The notes below the pieces were generated by a model that ran no database searches, had not been told where the DNA came from, and saw only the letters and a program-made list of their open reading frames with translations. Positions 11,387 through 24,200 of a DNA stretch of 64,000 bases are shown piece after piece. The first letter of the stretch is position 1, and each line of letters begins with the position of its first letter. The position numbers and the translations under genes were made by a program. The stretch comes from Convolutriloba macropyga (Eukaryota): NCBI RefSeq assembly GCF_964194025.1, contig NC_134470.1:13020001-13084000 (forward strand), written 5' to 3'.

Positions 11387-13965
11387 GCAGGAGCGGATGC
11401 CTTGAAGGGGTTGATAGAAATCGTGAAAAGGCGATTGAATATTCGCGCAGTGATGAAACCAAATTTGCAAACGTTGATAGTCAACTTTACATTCCTGTCA
11501 AAGTAGATAATGCCCTTACAACTCTGTTGGATGCAATTTGCAACCTAGTGCTCCAAAATGTCGGTCCAATCAATGGAGAAAATATTGAATTTGAGCTGGA
11601 ACTGAAGCATTTGCTGCGAGAACTTTTGATGCGTATTGTGAACCGGATAAAAGAGGATGATTCGATGTTGGAGAGTTTTGCCAGAGATATATTTTCATGC
11701 ACACTCATGCACTTTCACAACACGTATCCCTGGACTAATAGCAGCAATAATCTTGGAACAACTTCGAAACTCAGGTTTAATTCTGGTGATAGCGGAGTTT
11801 TTGACACAGTCACAAATCAGTCAACTATTTTGTGTAACTTGTACGAATCTGACAAACTTCATCCTGCAATGTGCAGCCGATCTTCCGAAATTGCCTACTT
11901 AAAGAAAGCCTTCTCGAAAATCTGCCAATTTGACTTTCCAGAAGACCTGAAGTGCTCTAAACTGGCCATAAACTTGATCACAGAGGCTTTTGTCTTGTAC
12001 TGTATCCAGCTATCTGATCTGATTGCAGATCCAGACTCGATGAATTTGGTCATTGCTAAAATCTTGTCCGGTACAAGGACGGTGTTGTCATCTCAATCGC
12101 CTCAATCAGTGCCATTTTTATACAGATATTATAACCCCAATGCTTCCAAAACCTTGCCCAGTTTAGACATTACTGTGTTGTTAACGAGCGAGCCTCAGAA
12201 GGGCGTGGACGCACAGCAGATTATGAAAGATGGCTTACTTTGTTCTATTTTTATGAAGTTTCTTCACAAAGAGGACGCTGTTCAATACATTCAATGCCTG
12301 GGAGATTTGAGAGAAATTAAACAGGCCCGACATTTTGCATCGAGATCTTCATTTATGAAATTATCAGAAAAGTATTTCGATCGGAACAGTGTTGAAAGCA
12401 TCAATTTGTCTCCTGGAGTTGTTTCGGAAATGCAGACTTTGCTAAGAGCTTTCGGAATTGTAGGCTGGGACCGCAAAGAAAAATTCGTTTTGCAGATTGA
12501 ACGTGAGATATTCGTCGTCTTGAATGAGTGCTATATTAACAGGTTTAAGCAAACGCATGACTTCCTGATTCGCTATTACATTGATGATATGCAAAGTCGG
12601 GCTATGAGAGAGGCCTCGTTTTCCGAATCGGACGAGAGAGAAGGCAGCTCGGAGGTGAACCGAGGCTCCCTGGAATTGGATTACTATTATATCACAAGCA
12701 TTCCCGAAGAGGAGAAATCAATAGAAGAGAGTTACACCACCAGCTCTACCAAAATTGACATCGATCTCAATTCGTTACGAGTAGAACTGGAAAATGATTT
12801 GACTGAAATTGATTCCGATATGCATTATTGCATACATGTGAGAAAAGTTGCTTTCAACCTCGATAATGAAGGTTTTCACTGGACCGTCTACAGGCGCTAT
12901 GAGCACTTTGTAGTGCTTCATGATAAGCTAAAGTATCACTATTCCAAAGAACTCAACAAAGATTCGCGACTAGCTAAGCTACCTTCTAAGCCTACTTTGG
13001 TCATAACGTCGAAAGCCGCTTTAGAACAAGGGCGAAAAATGGTTCCCAACTTGGAATTGTATTTGCGATCTCTACTATGCGTTCCCAAGTTGAAACACTC
13101 GGCCATTTTGTATGATTTTCTCACGAAAGAATCACGCGAAGAATTTGAAGCACCGAAGCTTTTAGAGAAGCTTGCTTTGAAGAAAAATGGCTTCACTGAT
13201 AATTTGAAAACGAGCATTGCTAAAAATGATTCGGGTAAATCTTTGGAAACAGGTTTCCTACCAAGGTATGTAACGAGCATGCAAGGAAAGCCCAGACCTA
13301 AGTCACAAACACCAATTGGAGTTCGCAAACTCTCAAATTCTGCTGGGAACGAGATCAAATCGCCATTGCATAACAATGCGTTACTTGATATCTATGCCGC
13401 CCGGGTGAAACGACCACCCGTGATATCTTCAGAGGGAAATGAAGAACAGTTTAATAAAACTTCGGGCATTCAAGAAAATTCTGGGAAAGAGGTAGACTTA
13501 AAAACGTACTTCGACTACCTCGTTTATTTTTCTATTTATATCTATTCTTTATCAGAGATCTATTTGAAACTCTTATCAGGTCCGGTCAAAACTTTGTTTT
13601 CAAGTTTCATAAACCGAGTGTGCTCCAAGTTTGTGCGTGAAAAAATCCAAGTTGGCTTACACGAAGAGTTCGTTGAACAATTCTTGGTATTTCTCACGTC
13701 AAACTTCAAGCCGAAAATTTCAACGCAAACAAGGAAAATAGTGCGATCTTCACAAGATAAGCTTCGACGAAAGAATCGAACGTTAAAACATATCAGAAAG
13801 GCTTTGAACCCTGTATTTGTTAACTTAGTTGTAGGAAAAGCGAGACATGAAGAGACTACAGATATTTTATTCAGAACTCTCCAGTACTCCAAACTGAATA
13901 AACATCTGTTTTACCAAATATTAGACAAAATTATTGACAGGTTGTATATCAATGAAAATTCTTGA
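11387..13965 (+). CDS. SNX14: Sorting nexin-14-like, coding exon 2 (PXA, RGS, PX and PXC domains); spliced protein ~919 aa
   Basis: PXA (KVDNALTTLLD, LHPAMCSRSSEIAYL, IADPDSMN); RGS (FMKFLHKE, EKYF); PX (WTVYRRYEHFVVLHDKL, KLPSK, LELYLRSLL); PXC (LQYSKLNKHLFYQILD). Confidence 0.85.
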
Positions 13966-16900
13966 ACGTAGAGTAGCAAATTCAAATTTAAAATTTATTA
14001 TTTAATAATCAATTACGTTTTCGAAGAACAGTAGTTAATGGTGCAATTTTTAAGGCGGCCTCACTTTGCTATAGGTTATCATTCAATACATGGCTAAGAT
14101 GTAGTCTCATTTTAAAACACACTAATACTTCGATGAAATTTTCTTGTTACCTTTTTTTCTGAAGCCCCGAAACTCGGCAATAAAAAACTTGACTTGCAAG
14201 GTTTTGCAGTAAAAAAATATTGCCGGAGAAGAAGGACGCATTCGTGAAAGATCTGTCTATACTTGCGCTCTAAAAATATTACGAGAAAAGTGAAAAATAA
14301 AACCACCTTGTAAGCTTTCTGCTCACATGGTAGAACTAATCTATCTATGCTGGTTGCTGAAAAACTTTAGCTATAGCAGAATTATCTATCATTCTTTGCT
14401 CAGAAGTTGTCACTTTGATTAGTAAGTTTCACAGTGCGATTTAGAAATTCAAAAGAATCGAAGATTATCTATTTCGAAGACATCTCGAGCTAAGCGAGGC
14501 CGATGCTTGAAGAGGTCGGTTAAATTGACAACTAAATGTCCAGCTATTTACTTGGCGGTTACGCTTGGTTTCCGCATAGTTTTGCTAGTATTCGCTGCCG
14601 GTAATTACATAAACTCAACCCCGGTGCTCACTTTGTATTTTTTCCTTTTTGTTTTTTTCTTTTTTATTTCTACGTTTTCTTTTAAGATTTGGTTGTTGAG
14701 TAAATTTTCACCTTTGTATGTCACTATGCAGGTTCGGCTCATATCAGTAGAAACGTTTGTTGACTAAACTTAGATTTAAATTTAAAATTAATTATCGGTC
14801 AAATAGGTCAACCCCAACTTGATCAATTCAAAAGGTCACTTGAAAATCCATCGGGGGGTACAGCGGTTCTAAGCGCAAGACTAATATAAAGTTGGGTTGT
14901 AAAATGTTCACCGTTCCAACTTTCTTTTTCTGTACCGCCCGTTTCTATTTAATTCAATGACTGCTTAATAACTCAGGATGCAGAAATAAATGGAAAAGAA
15001 AGCTCCCAAGTGGGATTTTAGTGGGCTGATTTACCGCGAATTTTTGTTAATCAGTGCCCCTTCATTTACATGAGCTGTTTTTTGGCGCATTGCGATTTGC
15101 ATTTTTACTTCTCATAGAATGTTGACATAATAGCTGGATGATCTGATCTACACATTTGGTGAAGACTAGTATAAAAACGCAGTCTTAAAAATGACAGAAA
15201 TTAAGGTTATTTCAGCAAATGATCGTTGTTTACCGTTAGTTCCTGTTGACAAATAAAGCTCTACAATTCAATGTCATACCTTAAATGTTATCAGCTCTAA
15301 AATGTGTTGGGTCAGCTCTAAGACGTGTTAGGTTTGTTATGTTGCTCCAATTTCGAAAAATATTCATTTCCTAAGTCTATTTTTTACATGACTACAATTG
15401 CGTTCTACGGATTGTATCTGTTGGTATAATAAAGTAAGGTAGTTACTCATACTTTTCAGTTCTGCGTTCCAATGACTCGGCTTCTTTCAGTTATGAAAAT
15501 CTTTTGAATTCTTCTTTCAAAGATACTTCTCATGATTTACTTCATCATGGCCTGTAGGATACCTTTATAGGTTGCTTTCACAGTTTGCCCTCACACTTTT
15601 GAGTTTTGAGGATGTTTCGATTGGAAAGATTTTTGGGCTAGTTTGAATATGTCGAGAGTCCGATGGACACAAAAACTTGGTTTTCTTTTTACTTGCTCCG
15701 TGTTTTTAAAGTCAGGATTCTGATACGCATCTAGATATAAGCATGCAGTAGAATGCTATAAAAAGGACAAGAATTTGATTTTTAGTTGTTCACCAGCGCT
15801 GCTTTAGTTTCTGAGTTTTTTTAAAGAGTGAAAATTTATTTGATGAAATTTATGCAAAGAGCTGCTAATTCGTTGATTTTTAAAAGAAAAACAAACAATT
15901 TGGACTGTGTGCGTCTCTAACATTGTTTCCTGTCTATATGTTAATCCGTCAAATGTACGAAACTCTGGGCTTGCGTGCTTCTTGAAGATTACCTTTCAAA
16001 CTTTAAGATTGGGACTTTGAGTTAATTTTTTCAACTGTTTGCTGTTGACAAATAAGAGATTTGTTGAGTATACTGGAGTCGGACTCCATTGTATTCGACT
16101 AAATTCCTTGTTCCTCATAAAACCTCCAATTTTACATCCTTTGAATATCAAAGACTGTTAAAGAATCTTAAAATTTTATCTGCATTTTTTTAGTTAACAC
16201 AAGTAACGGACTGCGCAAAAAATGTAGCCGCTTTTGAATTACAAAGTAACTAAGCTATGCTAGTTGTTCTTAGCACAATGAGATGGTGGCTTCCAGTGAG
16301 AGTTTTCTGTAGTAAAGTTTTCTCTTAAAAATCAGCTTCTAAAGTGCTACAGCTACAACACTAGTTTGAGTACTTTTTCCGTGCGTTGTCAAACTTAACC
16401 TCATCCGTTTTCAGCCCTATGGCTCAAATTGTTGAACGCAAAGTAAGCCGACATGCAAGCAAGCCGAATATAATAGTTATGTAATATTTTAGAAATAACA
16501 CATTGTTACCGTTACTTACAATCAAGGTATCACATCAAATTTGCTATTTGTATTCAGTGCGCCAAAAACAAAACATTGGTCGTTTTCGGGAGATCTAGTG
16601 CGAGCCCCTGTGGACCTATGTGCGTGGCCGTGCCTCTCATCCGCTGTGGTATTTAATCCGGATAGTGGGTGAAGCGGGCATACCGTAAATGGTAGAACGA
16701 CTATCTCGAAAAAGTTTTGAAATATCGAATATTTTTTCTCTCCAACTTCAGAACCTGGAAAATATTGCCTTCGCTTAAATCTTTTACAACTCACTGGGTA
16801 ATTTTTTTCTGTCTGTCCTTAGTTTTTGTTGAATATTGGGAGTTCTATAATTTGCCAAAAGCAACATCAAATTGAAAATGCGATTGAACAAGTGGTTGGT

Positions 16901-18599
16901 TTTCGATCGGTGTGCGCAATTTTGTAAAACAACTTGGAAAAAATCCAACATCAGGTACTTTTGAAAATACTTACCTCAACATTTATTTGCACAAAATGCA
17001 AATTGGTTGTTTAGTGATGTTGTCTCAGTTTAGAAGGGCCGCTGTGTTGCTCCCATTGTGACTGAACTGTTGGTGGAACCTTCAGTTTTTGAAAAGAACT
17101 CACTTGTAAGCTAAAACCGGCGGTATTTTATACCGCCTCCGTAGGAAGGTATTAAGACCAATTAACCAAAATTTTAAGCCACGATCATATTGCCACCAAA
17201 CCCATTGTAAGCCGGCCTGACAATGAATCAGCAGCCGAATAACATGTTTGCTGATATTTTTATCAAATATGTTCTTAATACTGAAGGCCAAATTAACAAC
17301 CTGTTCTTTTTAAATTGACCCCCTCCCGATAAAACGATAAATTTGCAATTAAATTCTTGATTGATATGGCGTTTGAGTTATACCGGTCACGTCTCTGTCT
17401 ATTAAGGTATAGGTTGGTCAAATTTGACTCAGGAAAAAAGGCGGGCAAGTTCTTAGTTCCTTCCCTCATTTCATGAGGTCTCCGAAATATCAATTTACCA
17501 GAGTCTTCGTTTCTATCGAGGTCTTTTCTGTTTTCCATTTTTTGGCTAGATTTATTTTTAAGAATTTAAAGCAATTGTCTTGTGTACCGAAATATCTAAA
17601 GCTCAAATTGATTTTATGTTTATTCTACTGACTTTCAAGGGGAAATGAACGTAATTGTTGCGTTGTAAAAGCAATAAAAAAGTATGCGTATTGAGTCTGA
17701 AACAATTATGGCCCATTTGTTGACGCATTTTCTATTTTGATTCAAAAGCTTTCAACCTTCTATAATTGACGTCATCGAATATCCTCCCTTGCTATGCACA
17801 GTTGAGCAGTGCTTCCTATTTGCTTAAGAAGGTTCCTCATTTTGCTGAGAGCAAACAACAACTTTTAGGGAAAGATTATAATGGAGTGAACAGCGCAATA
17901 TGCATGCGCTCTTTTTTGCGCTATGGTTTTGCAACTTTTATATATAATGCAGATGCATTCGAACCAGTAAGGGTATCGACGAAGGTCAAAAGGACCTATC
18001 GAAATGGATCTTGCTAAGCTCTGCTTGGCACCGATATCAAACGTATGTAATGTATTAATATCAAAAACACATTTTTCCTGGAGAGGGAGAGAGTGTGTGT
18101 GTGCTTGTGCCTCGCGTAGTTAAATGCACTTTAAATTCCAGTACTCAAATTGAACAACTCCTTTATCAAATTCTGCTCAGCAGCCGAAGAAAATTTCCGA
18201 ATCAACCAAAAATTTTTTGTGTGACAGTAAAACGTGAACTGAAAAGTCAGCAGCGGAAGTAGTATCAACAAAAGATGGAAGTCGCTGTCTGTTTCTATTT
18301 CTAAAAAGGGTTGCAATTGACCAGTAACTAAAATCTGCTTACTGATTTTTAATCGCATAGCAACATATTAAACAGTTTTCCCCAAAAAATTTTCTGGTCT
18401 ATGCAAAAGACTTTTAACCTAACTAAAAGTTTATTCTCTACAGTACTCTAAGTTTTGGTACTGTACAGTGCCTAGACGCTTCTGAATGACGTATGCTGGA
18501 TAGTGTGATAGACAATTTTTTTGCATTATAAATCTCTTCAGAAAGTTTTGGAAAATAGCGAAATTCAAGACACGAAATAGTCTCGTGAACTAAAGGAGA

Positions 18600-21090
18600 T
18601 AAAGACTAAAGATAAAGACAGCTGAGATTCAAAACCAAAAAAAGGTTTCTCAAAAACAACAAATTTCTATTAAACCTAAGATGTAGCTGAAAGTTTTTAT
18701 ACTATTTTGTGGCGTAGAAAAGCCAATGGTTTTCAGTTGAGTTTCCACTTCTTTTGAGTTTTCCGGAACAGAAATTCAACTCCTCGAAGAGGAGTCTGGC
18801 AATTGATCTTGATTGATGGATTTAAAAGCAATTTTTAGCAATCTTTTCGGTACTTCTAAATAGTTAATATTAAAGTGATTAATTTTAGTAGTTTATTGAA
18901 TATTCCACTGATGTGTTATTTCAATGGTATTTTCTCTTAGAAATTAACTAAATTTCTAAGAAATTGATACCTATTATTTGGCATCAAAAATTAATAAGAT
19001 ATTTTGAGAAAACTACTGATAAATTTAAACCTGGCAGCAAATACGCAAATTTTGCATGGATAATGAACTGTTTTCAATACCGCATCAATCACGAAAACCA
19101 GTGAACATTGCCGGATAGACGCAATTTTACGTTTCATGATCCAAGAAGTCTATTAGCCAAAATATATTGCTAGGTTTAAAATCAAAGTTTTGCTCAAATT
19201 ATTTTATTAGTTTTTGGTGCCCATTAAAAGGTAGCAGTTTCTTCTTCAATGAGCAGAGCAAAAACATTTCAGAAAATATCAAGATGAAGAAGCTTTGCTG
19301 AATAATTGTTTAACAATTGTGAGAAATGAAGAGAATGGAAGGGAAATAGATGCATTCGTCTTTCTATTTATAGTGGTTTTTAATTTAAAGTGAATTTTCC
19401 CAGTTTGTTGAAGATCACCGAGATCTAATTAATATAATTTGTTGGAACAAAATTTTTTGTTCCTTATCTGCAAATGAAGATTACGAGCCAGTCCAATATC
19501 TATTTGGCAAGAAAGACCATTATCTTTGCTATGCACACAGGCTAGTGAAACAAATTTTTTGTTCACGGGGCAAAAAGAAAACAAAAAGAACATAAAGAAT
19601 TCTAACAATTTCTTCACAACTATCAGGAAAATTTTTTCGAACCAGTTGAATGATTGATTGACAGTTGAAAAATGGAAGAGAAGAACTCTAAATAGCAAGT
19701 TTTGGCTCAAATAATTGAAATCGAAATGTCATTAGTCATTAAAAGATTTGAAAATAAGTTTAGCACGGATATTGAAGGACTGAATAACCTCGTTTGAAAG
19801 AATAGAGTATGCTATAGTTCCTGCATTGACCCTTTCCTGAGTCAATGTGTGTCGAAAAATGAATATTCCTAAAATATTCAAGAAAAACAGTAGTAATTCC
19901 AATTCATAGGGACGGAAATGCTGACTAAGCAGAGAACTACAGGCCAAATGTGTTTATTTCCAAAGATTGGAAAAATTATAGAGAGAATCCTCTGTAAACG
20001 AATGACCACTTTCCTCAAGAAATTTGATTTGCTTAATAAAAATCAATCTGGTTTTCGGCCCAAAAAGGGATCACTAATGCGTTGGTAAAATTTCTTGGGA
20101 TAGCGAATAAGAATGGGAAAAAGCTGTAAAGAGTTAGAAGCTGTCTTTGTAGACGTGAGGAAAGCATTTAGCAGAATTGAACGAATTTTGCTCTTGTATA
20201 CGAGTACTAGTTTATATAAACCAAATTCAGGACTTCTGCTGTTACTCAAATACAACATAGTTCGCCAATGACGCTGCTCGCAATCAAAATGTGTATTCAA
20301 GTAACGAACTTTTTACGAGGTCACTAAAATCTGTAGTGGTTTATCTTGCGAAACAAACGCGGCTTCAATTTAGAGAAAGTGCACCTAATGAATTTGAAAG
20401 CAAATGGAAAGCCCTCTCGACCAGAGATAGTACAATTGAAGAAAGGAGCGATAAGTCTCTTTCAAGTACTTAGGTGTACAAATTGAGTAAAAACCTAATT
20501 CAAATCAGCGTATATTTGAGTTATGTTCGAAACTGTCCAAATGTTCTGGTTTCTTTTATAAGTTGATCAATTTTAACAACTGCACAACTTCTCATAACAT
20601 ATAAAATTTATGTACAACCTGTACTAAGCATTGGAGTCTTAGTCAATGGAACTAGTAGCAAGACCACACTTCAACCGGTAGAAGGAAAAATTTAAAAATG
20701 CTAGAATCATCTTCAATAAGAGAAAAACTGTACCAACCTTGCACAAACGAGGAAGGAAATCTTTTGCATGTTATTGATGTGTTTAAAAAATAAACACATA
20801 TACTTATACCGGAATGCGAAATAAGTGGTCTAAAATATCTTCTCGAAGAAAAAAAATCGAGTTAATTCAAAAGGAAAAAATCCTGGCAGTTGAAAATGAC
20901 AAACGTGATTCGTGGATGTAGCCCTGAAAATTTGATTTTCATCTGGAAATTTAACCGCCATTTCATTTCAGATATACAATATTTGAGTAAAAACGAGTTG
21001 AGACGTTATCAGTATGGTTTTGGAGACAATTACATTAGCAATAACGAACAATTGTTTTTATCCCTTGCACCTTCAGTATCTTGTCTCTCT
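18600..21090 (+). mobile_element. Highly decayed LINE ORF2 remnant
   Basis: Scattered RT-like motifs NQSGFRPK (~20041), VFVDVRKAF (~20143) and FKYLGVQI (~20460); boundaries uncertain. Confidence 0.55.
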
Positions 21091-21579
21091 TAGAGTTTCT
21101 TAGTACTGCTACTGGCATCCTTTGACTGGGACCATCGGATCTTTTGATTATCTATAAAGTAAGTGGTGATTCTGTGCGGCCTGGTTTGTACAGCAATGCT
21201 AATTTACTTGGAAACAATTTATTATTAGTTGATTTCAACAAAAACTGACGATTAATTGTGCCCGAAAAAAGTCGAGTGTTATAACTTTATTACTAGTTCG
21301 TTTTTATTTTGATTGGAAAAGCATATATATGCAATAAAAACGTCGAAGTCGAGCTTCATTGGTAATTTAAATAATGAAATGTACTCAGACCTGTTTTTGC
21401 TTTCGAAGGTCGAATTTATAGTTTCCGGTTGAAGAATGCTTGCTTTACAAAATTGCCTGAAATTTCGAATAGTCTTGATAGCTCCATGACCTGCCAAAGC
21501 ATAACTTGCATAGATTTTTTAAAGCAGAAAAAACACTTTCAGAGAATCTTCAATTCATCCAACTCTTTTTAAGATAGCA

Positions 21580-21854
21580 ATGCGTTCCTTCATAGCCAGT
21601 AAAAACTACAAAGAAGGAACCACAATCTTAACATGCTCTCCATTTGCTGCAGTTCTCCTTTCTTCTTCACTTGGGCAATTCTGCTCTTCCTGTTTTTCTC
21701 TCCTTGCAGAGAAAAAACGCTGCTCAGGATGTAAGAAGCTGTACTACTGCTCTGGACAGTGTCAAAAGAACGATTGGCAGTCACATAAGGAGGAGTGCAA
21801 ACTTTTCGCGGGTTCGGAGAAGGTTCCAGTGCCAACGGTCCGGCTGATATTGAG
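21580..21854 (+). CDS. SMYD-family (SMYD3-like) SET/MYND lysine methyltransferase, exon 1
   Basis: MYND finger CSSC...RCSGCKKLYYCSGQCQKNDWQSHKEEC; exon ends at 21854 (GG donor) or 21869 (weak GT donor). Confidence 0.85.
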
Positions 21855-22989
21855 GGATTTTATTTTTGAGTGATGCCTAATGTCTTTTTCATTGATTGCT
21901 AATACGTTATTTGTCGTTTTTGGATCGTGGATTTTATAAATGGAAATTTTCTTTCTTAGGCTTTCGATAAATTTATTTTAAAAGCAGGATTTCATTTTAT
22001 TACGCTTACGGTTTACGAAAATGTCAAAGAAAATTGACCTGGAGCGTGGATAGCTGGTCGAAATTAGTCGAAAAAGTTATAATTAGCAAAGTAAAAAAAT
22101 GAAAATTGACCAAGCTTCCTCTATTAAATAGAATTATAATTAACGTTGAAATGTACATTTCTGTCACTATCAACGTTCTTATGAACTTAGAATGTACATA
22201 GGTCGTAAGTTAGATGCGATTTCATGGTTCGTTTGATTGGCGACGGGTATGTTGTCTTGGTGATGCTACAAATCCTCGGTATGGTAATTACGTGACATTG
22301 GATCTGGTTAATTACTTGATCTAACCCGTGAAATAACATTGAGTGGCGGGTTATTCAATTTCGAAGCCTTAATCATCATGATTATTGCAAAGCGACAAAA
22401 TATAACATAATTGGTTATTGATAATTTTGTGCATTAATGTCCATGATTGTACATGATCTCGGCTAAGTGAAATATCTTCATGCTGAAACGCTGTGTTTTT
22501 AAATCCTCTCGAACATTTGATGAAATTATGGTGTGTCTTTTTTATATGCAAAATTTTCGCTTGACTTTTTCGTTCTAGAATATTTTTTTGATCGTATTTT
22601 TCGAGTATGTTTTTCACGATCGAATTGTAGATTTTTGCGTGATCTAAATTGCTCTCACTTAAAATTGAAGGAGCTGAATTAATTTGCGGCTGTTTACGGT
22701 TATAAATGTAATCAAAAATGCTCAGAAAATTTTCCTTCTAAATCGTTTCATTTTTCCTTCTAAATCGTAGTAGTAGTCTGAAGAAAGCTCCACCCCGTCC
22801 CCACAATGAAGCAGACTAGCATTAGATCAAGCGCCCGCCTTTGCCGTCCCAGAGGGCAATTCGCCCGAGCTTAGCCAGTTTATATTTCTGATTGTCATAA
22901 CGAGGTGTGGTTTACACAAAAATATTTTCCCCGCTGAAACATTTTACATAACTTTTAACCGCACCCATGCTTTACCTCAAGGAAGCGTA

Positions 22990-23605
22990 GGATATTAGGC
23001 GAAAGCTCGATTAGGTGAAGCTAATTTTGGTAGCTATTAGGCGAAAATTTTCTACTGACTTTTTGTGGAAATTAGACGGAAACCAATAAAAACACTTAAA
23101 GACGGTACTTAAATATCCGCTTGACTCGAGTGTCCCTAACAATTGTCTAAGTATAAAAACGAGTTGATAACATACATGTAAAATGTACTATTTTTCATTT
23201 TTTTGCATCACACCCAGTAAAACCCCAGCAATTTTCAAGGAGAGGAATTTGTCAAAAGTTACTGCAGACAAATTTTTTAGATTTTTCTTAATGCTTTATT
23301 TTTAATAGTTTAGAGCTGCTGCGCAAGTAACTTAGAGAAAATGTTCGCATAACTGTGGGATAGAACTAAACGGAACGGCTTCAAATTTACAATATTAAAG
23401 CCCCGTTTTCTGCGTTTTTGTAAGCTACCATGAGAAGACAATTGTTAGGGACACTTGAGTACTTCGTAGCATCAACTAGATTCTGAAGCACGTCTTCAAG
23501 CGTTTTAATTGGTTTTCGCCTAATTTCCACAATAAATTAGTCGAAAGTTTTTGCCGAATTGTTACAAAACTTGGCTTCGCTCAATCGAGCGTTCGCCTAA
23601 TATCC
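22990..23605. mobile_element. Nested inverted-repeat (MITE-like) elements: outer ~130-bp imperfect TIRs, inner element 23124-23460
   Basis: GGATATTAGGCGAA.../...TTCGCCTAATATCC; inner ACTCGAGTGTCCCTAACAATTGTCT.../...AGACAATTGTTAGGGACACTTGAGT. Confidence 0.75.
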
Positions 23606-23945
23606 CATCCCCGACTTCAAGTGCAAAGGTGAAATAGTGGCAATGTCATGTTAAGCTAAAATAACACCAACTTACGAGTTAAGGTAAATAGTGTAAATAT
23701 TCAAGTATCATTAATAATAATCATTAGGTTAAGCTATTTCAGAATCCCTTTAAAATCATCGACGCTTTTAACAACATATATACTCAGATTTGCATATCGT
23801 AGAATATCAGCTCCAGATACGCGTTGTTCTGAATGCTAGAAGTAATTAAAAAATGTTGAAATCTACTCGGGTACTCGGCGGTATAAAATTATGTTTAACA
23901 CTGTTGCCTCTTTTTGGCATCATATGAAATAAAATGCCACAATAG

Positions 23946-24200
23946 ATGTGTAATGAAGATCTCAAAGAATAAGATTGATGCTGAAACGTTTGAGAATCTT
24001 TGCTGCAATTTGGATCAGCTGGAGGAAGGCGAGAAAGTTAAGTATGCCCAGCTAGTTGAGCCACTCCGGTATTTTTTGGGAACCGAGAAGTTCCAGTCGT
24101 GTTTCGATGGTGCTGCAAAGTGTCTGGAAGTGATCAATAGAGTGGCAGTGAACACTGTCACTCTCGTCAACGATGAATTTACACCCATTGGCTATGGAAT
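23946..24200 (+). CDS. SMYD-family methyltransferase, exon 2
   Basis: Acceptor AATAG|A, donor AT|GTAAGG; encodes TFENLCCNL...VAVNTVTLVNDEFTPIGYG. Confidence 0.85.

Larger units (their letters stand above)
5813..11543. repeat. Near-identical tandem duplication, unit ~2866 bp (5813-8678 and 8679-11543)
   Basis: ORF pairs repeat at offset 2865-2866; only scattered substitutions; junction TTTGCAA|AATTACGA. Confidence 0.95.

Noticed and set aside
12939-13892. Minus-strand ORFs overlapping SNX14
   Set aside because: Shadow frames of a real coding exon.
14000-18600. Short ORFs between SNX14 and SMYD
   Set aside because: No recognisable motifs or consistent exon structure; likely decayed repeats or intergenic DNA.
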